Counted from the stretch's first letter, positions 1 to 11,772 are shown. The stretch: 48,473 nucleotides of DNA from Octopus sinensis (GCF_006345805.1 NW_021834427.1:1-48473); one strand, 5' to 3'. Numbers and translations: made by a program. Notes: generated by a model not told the origin, from the sequence alone.

Positions 1-313
1 CATCAATTAAAGGAAGACCATATATTCATAAGGCACATTCATCAATGCATCAATGACAATGATATGAAAATATTTCTTCTATGATGGAATTGATAGCAAC
101 ATTCACTTTTCTTCGCTGTTTGGAATGTAGAGAAGGTGATTGCTTGGTTAATTAAGCTTGGATAAATTTACAAAATTTTAACTGTTTAAATCTGCCGTTT
201 TAGATGTTAAGCAGGAACAAGATGAAAGAAACACAGTGTTAAATTATTCTCTCTGAAAATACTGACACAACTGAACACAATACATTCATAGAAATGAAAA
301 AATCATTATCATT

Positions 314-1583
<1,270 letters not shown>

Positions 1584-1589
1584 CCGTAT

Positions 1590-1895
1590 GAATATCAAAA
1601 TTTATTACAACATACCAATTAATGAATATTTTGTCTGCTAAAAGACAGGGTTTATACCTCTTCAAGCTTGACATTATCAACTTCAGTTTCTTGGATGTCA
1701 ACATGAAATTCATGAATCACAACTTCAATATCATTTATATATCTAAATATATCAACACAGAGATGACTTTGATTTCTGAAGAGGATTGTGCTGGAATTTT
1801 GAGGAATTTGTTATGTGAGAATAAAGGAATGGGAATAAGGAATAAAAGTTTTGAGTGACATTGATTTTTGTCTTTGTTGTGTTTTCATCATCCTC
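1590..1895 (+). other. Conserved type A 3' module (probable 3'UTR, two AATAAA signals)
   Basis: Homologous to 20885-21180 (inverted), 38055-38350, 46900-47040 and 47400-47730. AATAAA at 1820 and 1841. Confidence 0.7.
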
Positions 1896-2024
1896 CTCTA
1901 ACATCCATTTTTATCATCCGTCTTCTATGCAGGCTTTGATGGGAAAGTGTGACATGAGCTGGCAAGCCAGAGTGCTGCTCCACGTTCCTGTCAGATTGGG
2001 CTTGGTTTCTTTGGCTCTATGCCC

Positions 2025-2501
2025 TTAACCCTTTCAATACCAACCCATGTGAAACCACCTCTGGCACTGTAGTACAAATGTCTTGTTATCATAAGTTCTG
2101 AATTAAAATCTTCCATCAAACCTTAGTCACATTTTATGTTCCTAACACTAGCTTAATGATAATGAAGTTATTTTACTAATTCTTTGTTATATTTAAAATT
2201 AATTGAAAGAACACCAGCATCTCAACAGAAGTATGCTAACAAAAGGGTTAAAATATATAATAGAGAAACAATTCTTAACCCTTTTGATACCAACCTACCT
2301 GAAACCACCTCTGGCTCTTTAATATAAATGTCTTGTTATAAATTTTAAATTAAAATCTTCCACGAAACCTCAGTCACAATTTATGTTCCTAACACTAGCT
2401 TAATGATAATGAAGTTATTTTACTAAATTCTTTGTTATATTTAAAATTAATTGAAGGAAACACAGAGCATCTCAACAGAAATATGGTAATGAAAGGGTTA
2501 A
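2025..2501 (+). mobile_element. Dimer of piggyBac-like MITEs
   Basis: Two ~227-bp units (2025-2251, 2275-2501), each TTAA-CCCTTT...AAAGGG-TTAA, separated by a 23-bp spacer. TTAA flanks and CCC/GGG termini match piggyBac. Confidence 0.8.
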
Positions 2502-2599
2502 GATACATGGCGCATTTTATAAATATTCCGTTCAAGAATCATAACAGTATCAAACAAGTAGTAGCGCTTTCAGTTGTGTATTTAATATGATATATGTAC

Positions 2600-2790
2600 T
2601 TGTGTGAACATGATATCAGTCTGACAACTAAAATAATAGAAATCTTGTATTTTGAGTATTTTTTTATATGAGGCAGAAGCATGGACTCCCTTCTACGAAG
2701 AAATAGAAAAACTGAAATTTTTTGGCATGTGGTGTTTGCACCACAACATATGCAGCAAAATGGCAAGATAAGACATTAAATGTTAAATCA
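2600..2790 (+). mobile_element. Degenerate RTE-type LINE fragment
   Basis: Translates to FLYEAEAWTPFYEEIEKLKFF...WQDK (LLYGxExW motif after the RT domain). Homologous to 7330-7435 in reverse. Confidence 0.6.
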
Positions 2791-3019
2791 TAGTAAAATG
2801 GACTCATTTGCTTACAGCCAATAATCTCACCATGACCTTGTTGTCAAGTTAACAAGCACACTCTACCAAATAAACTCAAGATGAAGAAAGGGTTGTAAGT
2901 CGACCGATCACCATGTTATGCCACATTTTAAAAGGCGACAAGTAATTAGATTTGCATCTATACCTGTTATCAGATTTTCTTAGGGGGCCCCATATTGGTA
3001 AATGTGTGGATGGGAATTA

Positions 3020-3470
3020 AGTTAATTTTTTGCTCAAAATGCAAAAAGCAACCCCATGTAGGGGGACATGGAGTTATGTACAAGGAGGGTGTTCATGCAA
3101 AAAGTTCAGGCCATTTCTGGTCAATGGAGACTGAACCTAGGGGTCGTCGGCATCTTCACTATTTCATCCGGCAGCTTATTCCACGGAGAAAGCTCCTCTC
3201 CTTCGATTGAGATGAAATCGTTGCAGATAGAGCTTTTTGGAGTGACCCCGCAGCCGACGCTCTGGAGCAGGAGTGCAGAACAGCTCTTTCGAGAGTTACA
3301 CTTTCTGCTTATGATGTGAGCGAGAATGAGATCACCACGGCGGTGGCGTTTTTCGAGAGAATAATGTTTGAGCGTCTTCAGCCTTTCTTCATAAGACAAA
3401 TGCTTGAGACCAAGAACCATGTGGGTAGCCAGCTTCTGGACTCTTTCGAGATGGGTAGCGGGTGATGTGC
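3020..3470 (-). mobile_element. CR1-clade LINE 3' fragment
   Basis: HLERVQKLATHMVLGLKHLSYEERLKTL...SLEKRHRRGDLI...WNKLPDEIV is a typical CR1 ORF2 C-terminus. Confidence 0.8.
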
Positions 3471-3696
3471 TAGCAACCCTCTGCTTTACAAAATAAACAA
3501 CAACACAAATAACTACGCAGAGGCGATCATGGTTGAAACAAGAACAAGCATTATTAAAAGAGAAAAAGAAGCATGGTCATTCCTTACTCAAGTGATTGTA
3601 TCTTATCGCTCATCACTTGTTATGTGCTTAGGAGAATATTAGATTTATAAAATTTAAAATTCACTCATAAGTCTAATATTCTTCTATCCTTCCTTA

Positions 3697-3917
3697 ATAC
3701 CTATTTCTTTCCTACCCACAGGGGGCTAAACACAGAGAGGAAAACGGACTAAGTCGATTATATCGACCCCACTGCATAACTGGTACTTAATTTATCGACC
3801 CCGAAAGGATGAAAGGCAAAGTCGACCTTGGCGGAATTTGAACTCAGAGCGTAACGGCAGACGAAATACTGCCAAGCATTTCGCCTGGCGTGCTAACGTC
3901 TCTGCCAGCTCACCACC
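3697..3917 (-). mobile_element. SINE family S1
   Basis: Core gtcgactttgcctttcatcctttcggggtcgataaattaagtaccag recurs at 22245, 25190, 32485, 32870 and 41612. Confidence 0.75.
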
Positions 3918-3929
3918 TTGATCCTTCCT

Positions 3930-4340
3930 TAATACCAGTTCCCATATGCTGCTCATATCTGCACTCGGTCTGCTTAGGAGGTTGTTGTGTCCTAGAATAT
4001 GTGCTGCTTCTTTTAGTTTTCTTATATTCCAGTGGTGTTCTCTGTCTACTATTTTAACTTCATCCCACATTGGGGTGGTCTCTATTTTTCCATTACATAA
4101 TCAGCTATACCCAATTTATCAATATCTCCCTGTGTCACAGCTTTGTGATGCTCCTCAACCCTTATTTATGGGGGTGGCATGTTTCACCTTTGTATAACCT
4201 ACCACAGCTGCATGGGATGGAGTACACGCAGTTTTTGGTCATATTCTCCTCTGTTGGTGGTTTTACTTGAAGGAGATATTTGCGAAGTGTTCTGTTACTC
4301 TTGAATACTGTCCTGATGTCATGGAATAGCTGTAAACATA
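3930..4340 (-). mobile_element. Penelope-like element fragment (GIY-YIG endonuclease)
   Basis: Minus-strand peptides KNCVYSIPCSCGRLYKGET... and WDEVKIVDREHHWNIRKLKEAAHI match the GIY-YIG domain pattern of Penelope-like retroelements. Confidence 0.8.
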
Positions 4341-4425
4341 CTCTTTTACTTGTTTCAGTCATTTGACTGCGGCCATGCTGGAGCACCGCATTTAGTCGAG
4401 CAAAGAGACCCCAGGACTTATTGGT

Positions 4426-4670
4426 ACGTGTGTGTGTGTGTGTATGAGTGTATGTATGTATGTGTGTTTGTATGTATGTGTGTGAATGTATGTATGTGCG
4501 TATGTATATATGTATGTGTGTATGTATGTATGTATATGTGTATGTATGTACGTATGTATGTATGTGTATATATATATGTATATATGTGTGTATGTATGTA
4601 TATATGTGTGTATGTATGTATGTATATATGTGTGTATGTATGTATGTGTATATCTGTGTATGTATGTATC
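4426..4670. repeat. Compound (TG)n/(TATG)n microsatellite, preceded by a SINE family A tail (4338-4425)
   Basis: Seen directly. It explains the His/Tyr/Cys/Val-rich spurious ORFs. Confidence 0.95.
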
Positions 4671-5094
4671 GGACGCTTTTACCAAACAGGGACGTAATCA
4701 CACCAGCATTGATTACGCATATAAATACAGACAAATATATACATAAACACATACATTCATGTATACTTACACACTTCCATTTATGCATATATTCACAAGA
4801 ATAAATAAAATATATGACATGTATATAAAGTCATAATGCTGTCCATGGCTGACCGTAGGTTCAAGAGCCAACACAGGGAAGGACCTGGGTAGTGTAGTAT
4901 AACTAATAACACAGTCTCAACTGGTAGAGTCAATACAAGTCCTATAATGTTTGTGTAAAAATCCTAAATGCTAAATTTCACTCATAATTTACCTGGAAAT
5001 CTTTACCAATGTAATTGATTTGTTCGAAAATAAAGAAACCTGAAACAACGAAAACCGACCTCAGCCCGTCTGTGTCATCATTTATATATCTATG

Positions 5095-5253
5095 TTTGTG
5101 TATATACATATATATATATGTATACACACGTATATATATATATATATATAAATATATATAATATATTATATATATATATTATATATATATATATATATAT
5201 ATTATTATATACGTGTGTATACATATATATGTACGTGTATATATATATATATC
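5095..5253. repeat. (TA)n-rich microsatellite with internal inverted symmetry
   Basis: TA run flanked by atgtatacacacgtata ... tatacgtgtgtatacat. Confidence 0.85.
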
Positions 5254-5974
5254 ACCTTGACCGACCAGTCTGTTGGGTGTCCATTTGACACCGCTGGTCA
5301 CAGCACGCTGTCCACTCCTCTCTGGATCGCGCCTTTCTCATCCACGTGATCCCAATCGTCCTCCTGAAGTCGTAACTCCACCGACGTGGAGGTCTTCCGG
5401 TTAGTCTTTTCCGCTCGTGCGGGTACCAATCAACAACTGCGTGCGTCCACCGATTATCGGTGAGCTGGGCGATGTGTCCAGCCTATCTATACTTGCTGCT
5501 TGTATACTCTGCGATGACATCTCTCACGCCGGACTTCTTTCTGATGATCTTGCTACTTATGTGCTTTCTCAACGAGATTCCAAGCATTGACCTTTCCATG
5601 GTTCTTTGAACCATTACCAGTCTCTGCTCTTCTCTCTTTGTGGTAGCCCATCTTTCACTACCATATAACATTGCAGGTAGAACTGTAATGTTGATGAGGT
5701 AAGCGCGGGTGGTCCTGTCCAACCTTCCCTTCAGCACATCCCTTATGCCATTAAACGCCTTCCATCTGGCCCTTACTCACCGTGAGATCTCCTTTTCGAT
5801 ACCTCGGCACATATTCACTTCCTGTCCCAGGTAGACATATTCCTTTACCTCCTCTATTTCATCACTGCCGATCACCATTCGACCTGTTGGTACATTGTCT
5901 GACCGCATGAACTTCGTTTTCATGTGGTTCATCTTGAGACCAACTGCAGAGCTTTTGATGTCGTGCTCCATCAG

Positions 5975-5975
<1 letters not shown>
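5254..5975 (-). mobile_element. 5'-truncated RTE-clade LINE
   Basis: One frame with two in-frame stops (5777, 5483): GLKMNHMKTKFM...EYVYLGQ...PAMLYGSERW...R*AGHIAQLTDNRWT...GRPPRRW. (TA)n lies on both sides. Confidence 0.9.
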
Positions 5976-6004
<29 letters not shown>

Positions 6005-6008
<4 letters not shown>

Positions 6009-6156
6009 AGATAAGAAAATGGAGAAATACATCTAAATCAAATATCAATTATCAGATAATACTCAGTCACATACTTTATTAACAAAGTATGTGATTGAGT
6101 ATTATCTGATAATTGATATTTGATTTAGATGTATTTCTCCATTTTCTTATCTTGTA
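6005..6156. repeat. Near-perfect palindrome (73-bp arms, 6-nt loop)
   Basis: 6005-6077 is the reverse complement of 6084-6156 with one mismatch. Confidence 0.95.
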
Positions 6157-6351
6157 TTAGTAATTGTGGTAAATCATTTTACCTTTGCCCATATAATACA
6201 GTAAATGAATTGATTGCATCGCAATCCTTAACATTTATGTATTAACTTTGTTGGGTATTTCACTAGCAGTGTGTTGGATATATGTTATCCCATGGAGAGT
6301 TGCTTTTACAACACCTATCTCAATTTGTATGTATATATATATATATATATA

Positions 6352-6742
6352 TACTCTTTTACTTGTTTCAGTCATTTGACTGTGGCTATGCTGGAGCACC
6401 GCCTTTAGTCGAGGAAATCGACCCCAGGACTTATTCTTTGTAAGCCTAGTACTTATTCTATCAGTCTCTTTTGCCGAACCGCTAAGTTACGGGGACGTAA
6501 ACACACCAGCATCGGTTGTCAAACGATGTTGCGGAGACAAACATAGACACACAAACATTTACACACATATATATACATATATACGACAGGCTTCTTTCAG
6601 TTTCCGCCAACAAAATCCACTCAAAAGGCTTTGGTCGGCCCGAGGCTATAGTAGAAGACATTTGCCCAAGGTGCCACGCAGTGGGACTGAACCCGGCACC
6701 ATGTGATTCGTAAGCAAACTACTTACCACACAGCCACTCCTA
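6352..6742 (-). mobile_element. tRNA-derived SINE family A, full length
   Basis: On the minus strand: A-box-like ggagtggctgtgtggtaag, B-box-like gggttcagtccc, internal (TA)n, tail gactgaaacaagtaaaagagta. Full plus-strand copy at 24005-24390. Confidence 0.85.
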
Positions 6743-6879
6743 CGCTTATATATATATTGCTGAGGATGATGATGATGACGGTTGCCCCCGTCGGTTTCAA
6801 TGTATGCATGTTTGAAGGAGAAGACTTGGAGTTAAAGAGAGTAAAAGAAAGAAAGAAAGCAACAAAGAATCTGCATCTA

Positions 6880-7435
6880 TTTGCAATGGATGTGTGGAAG
6901 GGAATTTGAGTCCAGAAATGGATTTTGCAATGAAGTCACAATGGGGACACCGATGACTTTGATTGTGCAAATGTGTCTATCTGTTGCAGGATATAGGTCC
7001 GCTATTGTTCATTTCCATCAACTCAAATTCTTCACATGGCAACCTGACACATTTTACACCATACAGATGGATTTAGGCAATGGCTTTCCAACATGTCAAA
7101 TCAAGCTGCATAGATTTTATTTATTGCTTCAGCTTATCCTTACACCTAAAGACAGGTCTTCCTCTGCCATGATATCCTGCTACTAGTTGGCCTTACAGAA
7201 GAATTTTTGGAATGCGATCACTTTTCATTTGAAAAACATGTCCTACCCATCTGCACTGAATTTTCATCAACATGCTTTGGATGCTGGACATACCACATGT
7301 GCCTAGGATTTTTACATTTGATGCCTTAACTTACCATTTTGTTGCATACATTGCGCACACACCACATGTGAAAAAAGTTTCAAGTTTTTTTATTTCTCTC
7401 TGAAAGGGAGTCCATGCTTCTGCTCCCTACAGAAC
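6880..7435 (-). mobile_element. Old RTE-type LINE 3' fragment
   Basis: GAEAWTPFQREIKKLE...SIQSMLMKIQCRWVGHVFQMKSDRIPKILL*GQL..G..GRGRP..RCKDKLK... ends in a CPHCDFIAKSISGLK zinc-knuckle-like tail. It contains stops. Confidence 0.8.
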
Positions 7436-7475
7436 TGTGGTCAAAAAAAAGTACAAGAAATGTATAAATCGAGTT

Positions 7476-7515
<40 letters not shown>

Positions 7516-7517
<2 letters not shown>

Positions 7518-8500
7518 CTCTTTTACTTGTTTCAGTCATTTGACTGCGGCCATGCTGGAGCACCGCCTTTAATCGAGCAACTCGATTGTAAGTCCAGTAC
7601 TTCTTCTTTCGGTCTCTTTTGCCGAACTGCTAAGTAACGGGGACATAAACACACCAGCATCGGTTGTCAAGCAATGCTAGGGGGACAAACACAGACACAC
7701 AAACACACATATATATATACATATATACGACAGGCTTCTTTCAGTTTCCGTCTACCAAATCCACTCACAGGGCTTTGGTCGGCCCGAGTCTATAGTAGAA
7801 GACACTTGCTCAAGGTGCCACTGAGTGGGACTGAACCCGGGACCATGTGGCTGGTAAACAAGCTACTTACCACACAGCCACTCCTGAATATATATATATA
7901 CGACAGGCTTCTTTCAGTTTCCGTCTACCAAATCCACTCACAAGGCTTTGGTCGGCCCGAGGCTATAGTAGAAGACACTTGCCCAAGATGCTATGCAGTG
8001 GGACTGAACCCACACAGCCACTCCTGCGCCTAATAACAGTTATTATAGTGCACTGTTGCGCCATTCAAAATACATTATTTTTTACACACACACACGCATT
8101 CTTTTAAATTCTAGGCGCAAGGCCCGGAAATTTTCGAGAGGGGGCCAGTCAATTAGATCGACCCCAGTACACAAATTTATTCTTTGTAAGCCTAGTACTT
8201 ATTTTATCGGGCTCTTATGCCGAACCGTTAAGTTACGGGACGTAAACTCACCAGCATCTGTTGTCAAGCGATGTTGGGGAGACAAACACAAACAAACATA
8301 CATGCACACACACACACATATATATATACATATATACGATTGGCTTCTTTCAGTTTCCGTCTACCAAATCGACTCACAAAGCTTTGGTCGGCCCGAGGCT
8401 ATAGTAGAAGACACTTGCCCAAGATGCCACGTAGTGGGACTGAACCCGGAACCATGTGGTTGGTAAGCAGGCTATTTACCACACAGCCACTCCTACGCCT
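7516..8500 (-). mobile_element. Three stacked SINE family A copies (7516-7885, partial 7898-8032, chimeric 8108-8500)
   Basis: Repeated block cgacaggcttctttcagtttccgtctaccaaatccactcac...cacacagccactcct. Confidence 0.85.
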
Positions 8501-8519
8501 ATTTACATTTGTGAAGATA

Positions 8520-8655
8520 AAAAAGATACCCTTCCCCCAACCCTAACCCTAAAACAGATTGAAATGCAATAGATCGATACTAGGGTCATAATTATGGGTG
8601 ACAATTTCATATGACACCGCTACAAAAAACTGCCGGTCAAACCGAAAAGATCCGG
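8520..8655. mobile_element. One end of a GGGATC-TIR MITE
   Basis: Ends in aaaaaactgccggtcaaaccgaaaagatcc and contains cccaaccctaaccctaa, as at 23130-23251. Confidence 0.75.
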
Positions 8656-8696
8656 GGCTTGTGCCTAAAATAGAGAAGAATATAAGGATAGGTAAA

Positions 8697-8938
8697 GGGA
8701 GATAATTAGTCTTTGATGTCTTATTTCAGGAGACGAGAGACGCATGCGCATTGAACGTGGTTTCTTCATGACGTTAACTTCCGGGTCAAATGTACCATTG
8801 AATGAATTTCTTTTAATCAGCTGATAATAATAATAATACGTTTATAATACTTAAAATACGTACTTATAATGCATTTCTCAACTGCCATATACACACATAT
8901 ATAAACAACACAGTCCTTTATGAAACATTTGCGTAAGT
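8697..8938 (+). promoter_or_regulatory. Predicted promoter, exon 1 and splice donor of ZNF B1
   Basis: Conserved with 13402-13633. NRF1-like CGCATGCGCA at 8741, ETS ACTTCCGG at 8777, donor GC|GTAAGT at 8933, E2F-like TTTTGGCGCC at 8989. Confidence 0.6.
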
Positions 8939-9029
8939 ATTAAACAATGAAAAGATTCAATGTTTTTTCAATTCTGAGACTTTCGGGTTTTTGGCGCCTG
9001 AATTCTTCGTGTCTTTTCTGTGTTTTATG

Positions 9030-9465
9030 AATGAGAGATGTCCTTGATTTGTGCGGGATTTTGCTGCTATTTCTAGCAACGAAAAAGAGATTCTATGCTT
9101 GTACGATATTTTGTTGGCATTTCTAGCTGTGAAAGAGAAATGTTTTTGATTTGTGCGGGATTTGACTACTGTTTCTAACTGTGGAAGAGAGATGACTATG
9201 AATTATGTGTGATTTGGCTGCTATTTCTAGCTATAGAAGAGATATATCTTTGATTTGTGTGGGATTTGACTGCTATTTCTAACTATGGAAGAGAGACGAC
9301 TATGAATTGTGTGGGATTTGGTTGCTATTTCTAGCTATGGAAGAGATATATCTTTGATTTGTGTGGTATTTGACTGCTATTTCTACCTATGGGAGAGAGA
9401 TGTCCTTGAATTGTGTGGGATTTGACTGCTATTTCTAGCTATGAGAGAGAGATGTCTATGAATTT
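9030..9465. repeat. ~52-bp minisatellite, about 8 units
   Basis: Unit approximately gagagatgtctatgaattgtgtgggatttggctgctatttctagctatggaa. Confidence 0.9.
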
Positions 9466-9764
9466 GGTTGGCCTGAGATTACTGTAGAAGATGCCCAAGG
9501 TGTCATGCAGTGGGACTGAACCTGGAACCATGTGGTTGGAAAGCAGGTTTCTTATCACACAGTCACAAATGTGCCTAGCAGTGATTCATTTATACCATAT
9601 TTTGATGAATATCCATAGCGAAACAAATGTAGAGATTGTGAATCTAATTTCAAATGTCAATAACTGTTAGGTTTTCCCACAAAAGAGATTTTCTTTTCCA
9701 TTTTATATAAAATACATGTACAGTTTCCATGTTATATTAATTATATTTACATTTATGCATTGCT

Positions 9765-9975
9765 AAAGTGAAACACCAAAGCTCCACGCGGCTCTGGCAG
9801 AAGGTTATGGCAAAACTTCTGCTGACTCTTTCACCACAATTTTCTCTCACTCTTTCCTCCTGCATCTTGCAGCTCACCTGCGATGGACCGGCGTTCTGTT
9901 CAGGTGGGGAACCTATACGCCAAGAAACTGGGAATCCGGCCCTTATGAGCCAGGCGTTGCTCGAGGTCTTCCATC
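9765..9975 (+). mobile_element. SINE fragment with V-domain-like core
   Basis: cctgcgatggaccggcgttctgttcagg resembles the V-SINE central domain from memory. Shares aacacc(t)aaagctcc / ctttcaccacaa with 47890-47940. Confidence 0.45.
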
Positions 9976-10554
9976 AATTTCAGAGATTGGCACTTTTTTA
10001 TGCAACTGTTGTTAAAATAAATGTTTGTTCCTACAGTTTATCTCAGAAATGAATCTGTATTTTTTAAGTAGCCTCTACATTTTCCACTATTGTTTCTTTA
10101 TAATTTCAGAACGTCAGATGACAGAAGAAGAATCCTAAATATCTATAATGTTTGAAAGACTAAAGGAAAATATTATACAAAACTGTTTCTGCAAATTTGA
10201 GGAAGAATTCTTGTGAAACATTTGCTCTGAAATAACATTTTAGTCAAATTTCTAAACATCACAGACTAGTGTGTCAAGAACTGAAGCATATGTGCCACTG
10301 GAACTTGGATAAATTTACGGATGTTTTGCTAAACAAAGACAACAGTAGAAGGAAATAGAGGAGAAGAAGTGTAAGGAATAAAGTATAAAAACAAGAGCAA
10401 GAAAAATATATCAACTTGGATTTGAGAGGAAAAGAAATAGGAAAGAGAGAGAAAATTATTGAATTGATTTTCCCCTGAACACATGAGAAAATAGACGAGA
10501 TCATATGACTGTGATATCTGTACAAAGTCGTTCTCTCGGAAAAGCAACCTAATT

Positions 10555-11772
10555 ATGCACAAACAGACTCATACGGGGAAGAAACTGTATCATTGTGATA
10601 CCTGTGGTGAATCATTCTCTAAGGATAGTAACTTATCTAGACACAAACATATTCATACAGGAGAGAAACCATATCAGTGTGATATCTGTGGTAAATCATT
10701 CTCTGAAAATTGTGACTTAACCAAACACCTACGTATTCATACAGGAGAGAAGCCATATAATTGTGATATCTGTGGTAAATCATTCTCCACAAGTGGTCAT
10801 TTATCTGCACACAAATATATTCATACAGGAGAGACAGCCCATCATTGCGATATTTGTGGTAAATCATTCTCTCAAAGTGGTGTCTTAACAAGACACATAC
10901 GTATTCATACAGGGGAGAAACCATATCATTGTGGTATCTGTGGTAAATCATTCTCTGCAAATAGTTCTCTTACAAAACACCTACGTATTCATACAGGAGA
11001 GAAGCCATATCACTGTGATATCTGTGGTAGATCATTCTCTCTAAATAATAACTTATCTAGACACAAATATATTCACACTGGACAGAAACCATATCATTGT
11101 GATATCTGTGGTAAATCATTCTCTGACAATAGTATCTTAACAGCACACAAACGTATTCATACAGGAGAGAAGCCATATCAGTGCGATAACTGTGGTAAAT
11201 CATTCTCTGACAATAGTGCCTTAACAACACACAAACATATTCATACAGGAGAGAAGCCATATCACTGTGATATTTGTGGTAAATTATTCTCTCGAAGTAT
11301 TTACTTAACTGTACACAAACGTACTCATACGGGAGAGAAGCCATATCACTGTGATATTTGTGGTAGATCATTCTCTGACAATAGTGCCTTACTAAGACAC
11401 ATACGAATTCATACAGGAGAGAAGCCATATCACTGTGATATTTGTGGTAAATCATTCTCTCGAAGTATTCACTTAACTACACACAATCGTGTTCATACGG
11501 GAGAGAAGCACTATCGCTGTGATATTTGTGGTAAATTATTTTCTCAAAATAGTGCCTTAACAGCACACAAACGTATTCACACAGGAGAGAAACCCTATCA
11601 TTGTGATATTTGTGGTAATACATTCTCTGTAAGTAGTTCACTGACACGACACAAACGTATTCATACGGGAGAGAAGCCATATCACTGTGATATCTGTGGT
11701 AAATCATTTTCTCACAGTAATAACTTAACAAAACACAAACATACTCATACAGGGGTGAAAGGAAAAGGGTAG
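10555..11772 (+). CDS. C2H2 zinc-finger protein B1 (14 tandem fingers, no effector domain seen)
   Basis: Intact 405-aa ORF with 14 CxxC-x12-HxxxH units and TGEKPY-type linkers. An extra finger lies upstream in frame (see findings). Predicted acceptor TTTCAG at 10109. Confidence 0.92.
   Translation: MHKQTHTGKKLYHCDTCGESFSKDSNLSRHKHIHTGEKPYQCDICGKSFSENCDLTKHLRIHTGEKPYNCDICGKSFSTSGHLSAHKYIHTGETAHHCDICGKSFSQSGVLTRHIRIHTGEKPYHCGICGKSFSANSSLTKHLRIHTGEKPYHCDICGRSFSLNNNLSRHKYIHTGQKPYHCDICGKSFSDNSILTAHKRIHTGEKPYQCDNCGKSFSDNSALTTHKHIHTGEKPYHCDICGKLFSRSIYLTVHKRTHTGEKPYHCDICGRSFSDNSALLRHIRIHTGEKPYHCDICGKSFSRSIHLTTHNRVHTGEKHYRCDICGKLFSQNSALTAHKRIHTGEKPYHCDICGNTFSVSSSLTRHKRIHTGEKPYHCDICGKSFSHSNNLTKHKHTHTGVKGKG

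Noticed and set aside
4162-4804. His/Tyr/Thr-rich and Cys/Val/Met-rich ORFs
   Set aside because: They are translations of (TATG)n/(TG)n microsatellite. Only the part below 4340 is meaningful (Penelope GIY-YIG).
6516-8546. Recurrent ORFs containing RLLSVSVYQIHSQGFGRPEAIVEDTCPRC
   Set aside because: Chance readings of SINE family A. They recur because the SINE recurs.
9030-9465. CRISPR-like array
   Set aside because: The units are contiguous tandem repeats without unique spacers, the context is eukaryotic, and no cas genes are present.
10371-10494. Mini-intron from GTAAGG (10371; 15281 in B2) to the TAG as an explanation for the extra finger
   Set aside because: The intron would be purine-rich with no pyrimidine tract, and the upstream frame in B1 hits a stop at 10356. 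It is not fully excluded without RNA data.
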